From Candidatus Calditenuaceae archaeon HR02 (GTDB lineage Archaea; Thermoproteota; Nitrososphaeria_A; Caldarchaeales; Calditenuaceae): DNA of 32,000 nt. Positions 17,783 to 24,857 of this stretch are shown in pieces. The first letter of the stretch is position 1. Each line of letters starts with the position of its first letter. Below the pieces are notes generated by a model. That model was not told the origin of the DNA, did not search any database, and saw nothing but the letters and a program-made list of their open reading frames with translations. A program made the position numbers and the translations under genes. The stretch lies in assembly GCA_002898395.1 (NCBI GenBank), contig BEHE01000005.1, forward strand, positions 28,200 through 60,199. Direction: 5' to 3'.

Positions 17783-18869
17783 CTCCTAAACATTCTACGA
17801 TCTTAGGTAAAACTTCGTAGAGGTCACCTACAATGCCGTAGTGGGCAATCTGGAATATGGGGGCTGCGGGGTCTGTGTTTATGGCCACTATCTTCTTGGC
17901 CCTCATGATGCCGACCCTGTGCTGTATCGCGCCGCTTATCCCTGCAGCAATGTAAATGTCGGGTGAGACGGTCTTTCCAGTCTGCCCCACCTGTCTATCC
18001 TTGACAATTAGGCCTTCAAGCTCCTTGATACCGGAGTAGATCAGAGCCCTCGACGCGCCTATCTCGGCCACAACTCCCAGCCGCTTCTCAACAGCATTCT
18101 TTAACTTCTCCGCATATCTGTAAGCCTCTGCCGGGTTTCTCGGATTCCCCTTAGCGTCCTTCAAGACCCCCAAACCAAGGCTAATTATCACCTTCGCCTC
18201 TTCGAGCTTTACGGGACTCTTAGGAAGCCTCCACTCCTCCATAACCTCGACGGCAAACGCCTCTGGCGGTATCTCAACCTCCCATTTGACTACCTCTCCC
18301 TTCCGAGACTCGTCCCGCGCTAGTGGTGTAAATGAGCCGGGCCTGATGTTACTCATCTGAGGTCTGTGCCTCGGAGTGAAGATCTTGGCTATGCGTGTTG
18401 CGAAGTCAGGGCGTACTTGTGCGATGCAGTCCTTAAAGACCTTGGTCCCCTGTGGCGTATGCATTACAAAGTCCTCAACGAGGAGGTCTATGCAGTCTGC
18501 CGCTAATCCTGTAGCCGTCCTATAGGCTACGCGTGCGCCTAGCTCCCTACCCATCTCGTTAGCTACGAAGAGGAAGGCCCAAGGCTTTAGCTTAAGCACC
18601 ATGTCTGACAGAACGTAGGCATAGGGAATTGCCTGGTAGCTCTTCAGCAGAGGAGTATCACACACTATTACCTTATCTGCGCCGTAATAGATCGGCTCCG
18701 GAGCCACTTTCTCGAGGTTATATCCTAGAAGTATCCCCACGACCTTCATGTTCACTTTATCAGCAATCTTCCGGGCTCCTGCGATTATCTCCGTTGTCGG
18801 GCGGGTAAGCTCGCCGTCTTGGACCTCACAATAGACCCAAACGTCCCTATACTCAATGCTCTCTTGCAA
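17763..18869 (-). CDS. etfA: Electron transfer flavoprotein alpha subunit (EtfA/FixB)
   Basis: The 368-aa ORF has the C-terminal FAD-binding signature PDIYIAAGISGAIQHRVGIMRAKKIVAINTDPAAPIF. It has a TTG start overlapping the etfB end by 17 nt. Confidence 0.92.
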   Translation of the reverse strand: MQESIEYRDVWVYCEVQDGELTRPTTEIIAGARKIADKVNMKVVGILLGYNLEKVAPEPIYYGADKVIVCDTPLLKSYQAIPYAYVLSDMVLKLKPWAFLFVANEMGRELGARVAYRTATGLAADCIDLLVEDFVMHTPQGTKVFKDCIAQVRPDFATRIAKIFTPRHRPQMSNIRPGSFTPLARDESRKGEVVKWEVEIPPEAFAVEVMEEWRLPKSPVKLEEAKVIISLGLGVLKDAKGNPRNPAEAYRYAEKLKNAVEKRLGVVAEIGASRALIYSGIKELEGLIVKDRQVGQTGKTVSPDIYIAAGISGAIQHRVGIMRAKKIVAINTDPAAPIFQIAHYGIVGDLYEVLPKIVECLGGGEGEA

Positions 18870-20061
18870 TGCTCACCTTCACCCCAAACAGCTCCTCGAC
18901 AAGATCCTCAAGGCTAAACACCTTGAGCATTCCACGTCCCTTTAGATGGTCTAAAACCTCGGGAGGCAGGTCATCCGCCTTACTGAGCCTCTCGAAAGGT
19001 CCATACTTCTTACCATTAAACTCAAACTCCTCTACGCGGGTCGAGAACACAAGGGTCTTGCCGACGAACTTCTGAACAGGTGGGCCCCCGATATCTATAC
19101 CTGGCCCAACTATTGTCGGAGAACCTGCCAACCCGATCAATTGTGGGTCTGCGCCCAGCATATCCGCGTTCCATACCACGCTCTCTAGGACTTTCTTAGC
19201 ATAACTGTATAAGCGAGCCCTCTTCTTCAACCTGAGCTGTGGAGTATGGGGGCGATAGTCGGTAGCAATAGTGATCACGCATGGTAGAGGTACGCGAAGC
19301 TTCTGGACCATGTCGCCTAACTTGCGTTCGACGTAGATGCACCCGGCTTCTGGGTCGGCTTCAAGCTCTCTGACATACGTCACACTTGGAATGAATCTGC
19401 CAAGCATCCCTGAAAGGGCCTCAGCTACCTGAGGGCCAGTACTCCCCGTCTCACCGTCACTCGTCTTTATGCCTGCGATAACAACGAATCTTTCCACCTC
19501 CTGCCTAACCTTCTCCAATAACCTGACCGCCTCATCCCTTCTTATTTCACCCCTTAACACCCTCTCAGTCAGAGTCGATTGTTTGATCGTAGGTAATTTA
19601 GAGTAGACAATGTTCGGGACTAGATTCTTCTCATAGAGTTCTTTCGCCTTTTCTGCGAAAGATTGGGGACTCCCACCATCTTGCAGAAGAGATAAAAGCT
19701 CGTCTACGGCCGCTAAATGTGTCTCGACAACTTTTTTGACGCCTAGGCTGACGGTATATGCTGTAGCCCAAGTATCAGCGCCAGCCATCCTCCTGTCGCT
19801 GAGAATGTAGGACTCATCCACCCCTTCGACAGGAGCGTCATAGAGGCTCGCGGCTATGGGTTTAAGCTTGAAATCAGGTCCCATGGTCAGTGCGACAACC
19901 TTGCCGCCAAATGCCCTTTTCAAGTAATCAGCCGCCTCTATAGCCTTATAGTCAAACGGGTTCATAACTAGGTCCATCTCCTCCCTCCGCAGGACACCCC
20001 CGACAGTCACGATCTTAGTTGTTCTCGCAGGAACTGCCTTGTACAGAGATATGACAAGCAT
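18853..20061 (-). CDS. etfB: Electron transfer flavoprotein beta subunit (EtfB/FixA), unusually long
   Basis: The 402-aa ORF has an ATG start. EtfB motifs are VMNPFDYKAIEAA, SDRRMAGADTWATAY and IAGIKTSDGETGSTGPQVAEAL. An insertion of about 78 aa, predicted helical, lies between the last two motifs. The C-terminus is extended. Confidence 0.88.
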   Translation of the reverse strand: MLVISLYKAVPARTTKIVTVGGVLRREEMDLVMNPFDYKAIEAADYLKRAFGGKVVALTMGPDFKLKPIAASLYDAPVEGVDESYILSDRRMAGADTWATAYTVSLGVKKVVETHLAAVDELLSLLQDGGSPQSFAEKAKELYEKNLVPNIVYSKLPTIKQSTLTERVLRGEIRRDEAVRLLEKVRQEVERFVVIAGIKTSDGETGSTGPQVAEALSGMLGRFIPSVTYVRELEADPEAGCIYVERKLGDMVQKLRVPLPCVITIATDYRPHTPQLRLKKRARLYSYAKKVLESVVWNADMLGADPQLIGLAGSPTIVGPGIDIGGPPVQKFVGKTLVFSTRVEEFEFNGKKYGPFERLSKADDLPPEVLDHLKGRGMLKVFSLEDLVEELFGVKVSIAREH

Positions 20062-20091
20062 GCATTATCGCGTAACTATAAGTAGAACCCG

Positions 20092-20103
20092 AAAATATAT
20101 AGC
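20092..20103 (-). promoter_or_regulatory. TATA-like box (ctatatattttc on minus strand) for etfB-etfA-fixCX operon
   Basis: It lies 32-42 nt upstream of the etfB ATG at 20061. Confidence 0.4.
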
Positions 20104-20171
20104 TGAGGGCATTATTCCGCTGGGGCTAAAAACCTCTGACGCCTCAAGTCAGTCTTTATGACCTTTTTAAA

Positions 20172-20312
20172 TCACTTCTCTTGAAGTGTTTTTAATGTCC
20201 TCTCCCAGCTCTCCTTGTCAGTCTTTATGGTTGGGTATAGGTCATCATCATACTCCCTGCCAATGTTATAAACCTCTACACCACGTTCTCTAGCAGTATC
20301 GGCTGTATTCAT
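20172..20312 (-). pseudogene. Short IS110-family transposase fragment
   Basis: The 46-aa ORF is MNTADTARERGVEVYNIGREYDDDLYPTIKTDKESWERTLKTLQEK. RGVEVY and KTDKxxxxxL match the conserved G-x-E-V and KTDxxDA segment of DEDD (IS110) transposases. It also matches RRGVEVYCL..KSAKADIKAL in the neighbouring pseudogene. An in-frame stop lies just upstream. Confidence 0.35.
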
Positions 20313-20565
20313 TAGCTTCTTGATAGGCTTCTATAGACATGAGGGTGGATATTTTATAGAATAGGTGGTCAGTACAGCCCTGGTAGAAGCCCCTCAGGAT
20401 AGAAGAAGGTATGGGCGGAGCCGTGGTGCGGGATGAGCCTGTCACCAAACCTCTCATCAATGCGGCACGTATCGCCAGCCTCCCCTTCTGAGCAAGGCCT
20501 CTCGGAAACAGGCTCCAGCCCTAATACCACTCGGATAGTAGAAGCCTCAGACCTCATAAGCCCAT

Positions 20566-20699
20566 ACTCCCTCTTCAGCCCCTTATCTTGTTGGCTTGTT
20601 TCTAAGGTTTTGTGTTGCATCTGGGGCATCTGTTTTTATGTATTGTTGAGATTTTGAGGAGTATTTAAACCCCCTATTGTATGCACCGCTACCAGTGGC
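20566..20699 (+). repeat. Copy B of the promoter-bearing repeat (inverted relative to copy A at 6234-6377)
   Basis: See copy A. It contains the TATA-like gtatttaaac at 20661-20670. Weaker similarity to the LAGLIDADG-like gene of copy A continues for about 60-70 nt downstream (for example tgtggagtag versus ggtggagtag), but that stretch is riddled with stops. Confidence 0.8.
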
Positions 20700-20880
20700 T
20701 GGATAGTGTCTTAGATTCACATTCTCAAGCCTTACTTTAAGAATGTCTGTGGAGTAGTCTTACCCTGATTGGCCTATCCCTGTTTAATAGTAGTTCTGAG
20801 GCCTTGGCAGTTATCCTCACCCTAAGCCTGCCTGAGTCGATATCGTATTCTAGGCTCCCTAGTATAGAGGCCTTCCTCGA

Positions 20881-21018
20881 GTGGGTAAGTATAGGGCTGG
20901 CTACAAATACTGTAGTCGATGTAGGACGTTTCAGCTAACCGATAGTGTCTATTGCCCATACTGTGGTGTGAGGCTTAGGGCTAGGCCTAGTCGTGAATGT
21001 AGGGAGAGGTGGGCCTAA
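20881..21018 (+). CDS. Small zinc-ribbon ORF (45 aa) immediately upstream of the IS110-like pseudogene
   Basis: A GTG starts the ORF VGKYRAGYKYCSRCRTFQLTDSVYCPYCGVRLRARPSRECRERWA, which has a CxxC-x10-CxxC pattern. It is below the ORF-track size cutoff, and expression is unknown. Confidence 0.3.
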   Translation: MGKYRAGYKYCSRCRTFQLTDSVYCPYCGVRLRARPSRECRERWA

Positions 21019-21051
21019 ACCGTATATTAGTGTCGAGGGGGTGGATGTGGT

Positions 21052-21937
21052 TTGATGAGGTTCTACTGTGATGTTCACCGTAAAAGGGATGACAGCGGAT
21101 ACAGGATAACCTACACAATGGATGGTGAAGACTTTAGACACGTTAATTCTCCATTGGAGATTCCGGCGGGCCCTGAGACCAACTGTTCGTGGATACTATC
21201 CCGAAAATTCATACGGATGGTTTTATTGAGCTTCTTAGGAGGGGTGTCGAGGTATACTGCCTCAGACGCCTAACACTGATTAAGAAGGCTAGGGAGAGGT
21301 GGGGGGTTAAGTCGAAGTCTGCAAAGGCAGACATCAAGGCTTTGATGGCTATTGAAGAGAAATGGTTCAGAAGAGTGGATGAAGACTTCCTTCATATGAG
21401 AAGAATGATCTCGACCTTCCAGGTTCTTCACAGGACTCTCGAACAGTATAAGAATAGAGTTTAGGCGGCCTCAAAAGATGAGAGGGAGGATATTAAGGAT
21501 TTAATTAGGGTTATAGAGGCGAAAGTTGAGAAGCAGGTGAGGCGGATTATCGAGGAGGCTGGAAAGAGATAAGTGGTCTACAGCAAGATCGCAGAGGAGT
21601 TGGAATCTCCGATGAGAATCATTTGATGAGCAGAGAGGCCTTAGCTGAGCTAATGATCCATGTCGCTAGAAGTACGTCGTTTCATCGATTACGGAGCTAC
21701 TTAGGACTCTTCAAGGCTAGAAAAGGTAAGGACAAGTTCTATAATAAGACGGCAAGAACAGCACTCATACGACTCACATCAGAAATACTAGGAAACACAA
21801 AGCACAGAGCCAGAGATGAAGAAAAACTACTCAAGAGAATCTGGAGACTAGCGAAGGAACACCATGAGAGGCTGGAAGGTGCCGGCCTAGACAACAGGGA
21901 AAAACCCAAAGAGAGGCCGGTATCCATGGATATATAG
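21052..21937 (+). pseudogene. IS110-family (DEDD) transposase pseudogene, at least 3-4 frameshifts/stops
   Basis: Consecutive pieces in different frames follow IS110 order. These are MMRFYCDVHRKRD (GiDvHK-like N-terminus), GFIELLRRGVEVYCL..KSAKADIKALMAIEE..LHMRRMISTFQVLHRTLEQYKNRV, a coiled segment KDEREDIKDLIRVIEAKVEKQVRRIIEE, and ALAELMIHVARSTSFHRLRSYLGLFKARKGKDKFYNKTARTALIRL (Transposase_20-like). Interruptions are at about 21185, 21465, 21570 and 21622. Confidence 0.65.
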
Positions 21938-21960
21938 GGAGTAGCAATAGTAGCTACTCC
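21938..21960. other. Perfect 8-bp stem / 7-nt loop hairpin (GGAGTAGC-aatagta-GCTACTCC)
   Basis: It directly abuts the last stop codon of the IS110-like pseudogene. Its function is unknown (an IS end or a transcript 3' structure). Confidence 0.5.
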
Positions 21961-22302
21961 ACCCAAAATATATTAATGCCTGCCCCTTCTCGGGGTTCTT
22001 ATATGTTGTCTGGCTGGTGCCTACGGCTACACCTTCCCCCTTTTTTCCCTTCTTCTCTTTGAGCTCATTCTTGTTATCAGCATCTTTGCAAGACGGGTTA
22101 TTGATCCTCGCTATTAATCCGTTTGTTGCGTATTGGTTTATGGCCTGGTCTTTATATAATCTGTTGGTGTGTTAGCGGTACTTGGGTCGCTTAGCGGTGA
22201 GCTTGTAGAGCTCTTTAAGATGGTTAGGTAGCGTAATAGTTATACTCTCCTAAATGTGGTTGTGGGAGGAGCTGGGGTATTGGTGAGGGGGTCGAGGAGG
22301 AG

Positions 22303-22689
22303 GTGAGGAAGTCCGAAGACCAGGGCTACAAGACATACACGGACAAACAATTATCCTCCAAAAAGCCTGTGAGGGGAGAGTGCATACTTTGTGGTGAGAC
22401 GCTCCCAATAGTAGACGCGCTTAACACCCGTTACCCATGCCTAACAACCTGTCTCCGACTATTTAATTCGAGGCATCTAAGAGGGTGCCATGGCGAGTAT
22501 CTTAAGCAGTCTGAGAGGAAGGCACCGATCTATTTCTACACCTTCACAGCATCTTCTCTCTCTGCGATAGTTTCTCTTCTGGCTGGGAATGTCTTTGCGG
22601 CTAGTCTATTCGCATTGGCTGCTGTGATATGTCTTGTTTGGGGGACTATTGTTCGGAGACGGCTTATCAAGAAATATGCAATGCGCTGA
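22303..22689 (+). CDS. Hypothetical Cys/His-rich (putative zinc-binding) protein with two C-terminal TM helices
   Basis: The 128-aa ORF has a GTG start preceded by ggaggagg. Cys/His spacing is C27-x2-C30-x15-C46-x3-C50 and H58-x3-C62-H63. Hydrophobic segments lie at about residues 76-98 and 99-118. I recognise no family. Confidence 0.55.
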   Translation: MRKSEDQGYKTYTDKQLSSKKPVRGECILCGETLPIVDALNTRYPCLTTCLRLFNSRHLRGCHGEYLKQSERKAPIYFYTFTASSLSAIVSLLAGNVFAASLFALAAVICLVWGTIVRRRLIKKYAMR

Positions 22690-22724
22690 GCTTATAAGCA
22701 TGTGTATAGACTCTCTATCATAGA

Positions 22725-23765
22725 GTGCGGATAGTCGACCTGTCCCCTGAGCTCTCACATAGAGCATTTTTACCAGTAAGTAGGCGGAAGATAATCATAG
22801 CCGGCGTCATAATTGCGGCCCTCTCTCTCTTGCTAATGGCTCTTGATCCTATGAGCCCTTTCAACACACAAAGCCCCAATCCCACATTGTTAATACTTGT
22901 AACCGCCATCATCCTGATACTATTAGCCCTGAGCACAGGCAAGACCCCCCTAAGATCAGTAAGTGCCTTGCCCATAGACCGAGGCGAACAGTTGCGTGTC
23001 AGACTTGAGTTTAAGAGACCGATTAGCGGTGTCTTGGAAGTTGGAGAACTCATCGCGACCGAATACCAACTCGGTGAATCGATACGAACGTCTTTTGATC
23101 TCAATCCAAGTTCAAAGTCGGAGCTACACTCGATATCGGACTTACACGTTACTTTGCCGAGTGGTCGGGTGGCCGGTCTTCTAGTAGGAAGCGGCGAAAA
23201 TGCTAAGGGGATCCTAAAGTGCCCAGCCCTGAAGATATCGCTAATCAACGGTCCCGAGCTGTATGTTGTTTGGGTCAAATCTACTAGTGGTCCCTTAAAA
23301 ATCGGTCTTGAGAAATCATATCTCTACCTCGACGGCGCTCAATGCTCTCTAAGTTATGGGTCTAAGGGGAGTATCAATTACCTACTCTCTGCCGCAGAGA
23401 GAGCTGGCAAACTCTTCTCAGGTAAAGTCAAGCTAAAGCTGTTAAGAAGTCTCAACGACGGTGTCTTAAATCTAAGACACGAGGAGGTGATAGCAGATGT
23501 TAGGAATGGAGAGGTTGACTGGGGTGCTTGGAGCCCTAGGACATATAGCGGCGAGGATGTATTGATCGTCCTTAACGGGTCTAGGCGGCTAGGCGATTTA
23601 TTGAATGCTTTGAATCTGCGCGATTTCGTCGCAGACCCTGCTCCCGGCGTGGAATACTCCTTTGTCCTTGAGAGTGGGGGGTGGGGGCTGTATAGCGAGA
23701 GGGATGTCGCTTATATCACGATCAACTCATCTGGGAAGGAAGAAGAAAAAGAAGAGCGAGCCTAG
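22725..23765 (+). CDS. Hypothetical membrane protein (2 N-terminal TM helices plus ~270-aa unrecognised soluble domain)
   Basis: The 346-aa ORF has a GTG start 35 nt after the previous gene. TM segments lie at about residues 23-40 and 54-70. The remainder has protein-like composition and an acidic/basic tail, GKEEEKEERA. The antisense ORF 22718..23278 is S/T/P/R-rich and judged spurious. Confidence 0.65.
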   Translation: MRIVDLSPELSHRAFLPVSRRKIIIAGVIIAALSLLLMALDPMSPFNTQSPNPTLLILVTAIILILLALSTGKTPLRSVSALPIDRGEQLRVRLEFKRPISGVLEVGELIATEYQLGESIRTSFDLNPSSKSELHSISDLHVTLPSGRVAGLLVGSGENAKGILKCPALKISLINGPELYVVWVKSTSGPLKIGLEKSYLYLDGAQCSLSYGSKGSINYLLSAAERAGKLFSGKVKLKLLRSLNDGVLNLRHEEVIADVRNGEVDWGAWSPRTYSGEDVLIVLNGSRRLGDLLNALNLRDFVADPAPGVEYSFVLESGGWGLYSERDVAYITINSSGKEEEKEERA

Positions 23766-23945
23766 GAGGGCTATGTAGAGTATCAATAGTAGAAGGCGGG
23801 TTCTTCTCTCCCTCTTAAGCCTCCCCTCATATACATTCCTGCACTCGTCTGAGCAGAGCTCCTCCTTAGGAGGGACTGGCCTTCCACATATGATGCAATG
23901 TCTATGATCGGGAATCCTAGTTCTCCGCTCTTTTGGCTGCGACAT
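23727..23945 (-). CDS. DUF2116-type archaeal zinc-ribbon protein with C-terminal TM helix
   Basis: The 72-aa ORF has HRHCIICGRPVPPKEELCSDECRNVY followed by a basic stretch and a hydrophobic tail, LLLLILYIALLGSLFFFFFL. This architecture matches the DUF2116 family. Confidence 0.75.
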   Translation of the reverse strand: MSQPKERRTRIPDHRHCIICGRPVPPKEELCSDECRNVYEGRLKRERRTRLLLLILYIALLGSLFFFFFLPR

Positions 23946-23972
23946 TGTAAATCCAAATCCTTGAGTCAGATA

Positions 23973-24857
23973 TTAACACTTTTTTCTTATCCTCTTGACG
24001 AATATGTTGTAGAGCCGCGCATATCCTCTCTTCGTCTTCATAGATAAGATTCTTTGAGAGCTAAAGCCATGCCTAGAGGCTATTTTCGCGAGTTCTCGAG
24101 GCTCATAGAACCTAACATGCGAAACATCCAGAAACACGGCTACCTTTTCGCTTCGCCACCTTCTCAAGTATCTCTCCTCCTCGCTTGGGGGGCTGAATCC
24201 TCTGGGCCGCCCGAAGACGATATAGACGTCCCTGCTCTTCATTACGTTGCGTCTAATCTCCCCCACCGAGACGCGGACTATTTGGCCTCCCCTAAACCTC
24301 CAGGAATCGATGACTGGCCTGCCCACGTCGCTCCAGACTATATCGCTTGGTCTCTCATAGTCTATTATCAGGACTCCTCCCTCCCTGAGGAGGCGGGCAG
24401 TGTTGGAGAAGAATTTCTCCACATCTCTCAAGGTTACTGGGATTGACCAGTTTAGACAGAGGGCACCGTCAAACCGAGTCTCCGGGTTATAAGTGTAGTA
24501 GTCCGCTTTTACGAACCTTGCACCCTTTAGACCGCGCGCTCTCTTCTTGGCCACCCGTATCATCGATGGTGAGATGTCTATCCCGACTGCTCTATACCCT
24601 AGTCTCGCCAGTTCTCTAACATGTATGCCAGTCCCGCATCCAAGGTCTATTATACTCTTGACATGATTCTTCTCAAACACCCTGGCTATGAGCGAGATCT
24701 CTGCCTCATAGTCCCTCTCCTCTATCGTCTCGTAGAGTTCCGCCAGCTCATCATAGAGCGGCCGCAACCTGCTATTCAACGCGGTGTAATTAAAACCTAA
24801 CGTGTTATATAGTCTATGTGCGATGGATGTAAGTATGTCAAAGACGTGTTTCGACAC
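23973..24857 (-). CDS. Class I SAM-dependent methyltransferase
   Basis: SAM-binding motif I is IIDLGCGTGIHVRELARLG, followed by AVGIDISPSMI. The longest ORF starts at GTG 24857. A TTG at 24779 lies about 29 nt from the TATA at 24805-24813 and is a plausible true (leaderless) start. Confidence 0.85.
   Translation of the reverse strand: MSKHVFDILTSIAHRLYNTLGFNYTALNSRLRPLYDELAELYETIEERDYEAEISLIARVFEKNHVKSIIDLGCGTGIHVRELARLGYRAVGIDISPSMIRVAKKRARGLKGARFVKADYYTYNPETRFDGALCLNWSIPVTLRDVEKFFSNTARLLREGGVLIIDYERPSDIVWSDVGRPVIDSWRFRGGQIVRVSVGEIRRNVMKSRDVYIVFGRPRGFSPPSEEERYLRRWRSEKVAVFLDVSHVRFYEPRELAKIASRHGFSSQRILSMKTKRGYARLYNIFVKRIRKKC
24805..24813. promoter_or_regulatory. Palindromic TATA element (ttatatagt) possibly serving both divergent genes
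   Basis: It is centred about 27 nt upstream of ATG 24835 on the plus strand (SpeE-like). It is about 29 nt upstream of TTG 24779 on the minus strand (methyltransferase). Confidence 0.35.

Larger units (their letters stand above)
20172..21960. mobile_element. Region of decayed IS110-family insertion-sequence remnants (two orientations) with associated repeat and small ORFs
   Basis: It contains a 46-aa minus-strand fragment and a multiply disrupted plus-strand IS110-like transposase gene. Between them lies repeat copy B. No intact transposase reading frame is present. Confidence 0.6.

Noticed and set aside
20225-20275. A C/D-box sRNA-like pattern on the minus strand (ATGATGA ... CTGA).
   Set aside because: The spacing of about 23 nt is too short for a C-D'-C'-D architecture, and no second box pair is present. 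It lies inside the IS110 fragment coding sequence.
20369-20629. An 86-aa minus-strand ORF starting inside repeat copy B. It could be the N-terminal remnant of the left IS110 fragment.
   Set aside because: I could not match it convincingly to IS110 N-terminal motifs or to the right-hand copy, so it is left uncalled.
20433-20657. A plus-strand 74-aa ORF whose ETGSSPNTTRIVEASD stretch resembles the C-terminal tail of IS200/IS605 TnpB proteins.
   Set aside because: There is no upstream RuvC or zinc-finger coding sequence. Stops occur in all frames just upstream, and the resemblance is a few residues only.
22718-23278. A 186-aa minus-strand ORF antisense to the 346-aa membrane protein gene.
   Set aside because: Its S/T/P/R-rich composition is typical of antisense frames. 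The plus-strand ORF is longer and has coherent TM segments and protein-like composition.
20104-23765. Compositional (G+C) deviation of the accessory region.
   Set aside because: Spot counts on several 60-nt lines gave about 48-52% G+C, both in this region and in core genes. I can claim no clear shift without a proper sliding-window calculation.
20140-23980. A possible att-like direct repeat at the island borders (cctcaagtcagtctttatg at about 20142 versus ccttgagtcagatattaac at about 23959).
   Set aside because: Only about 12 of 19 positions match, which is within chance expectation. No integrase gene or tRNA fragment supports an integration event.
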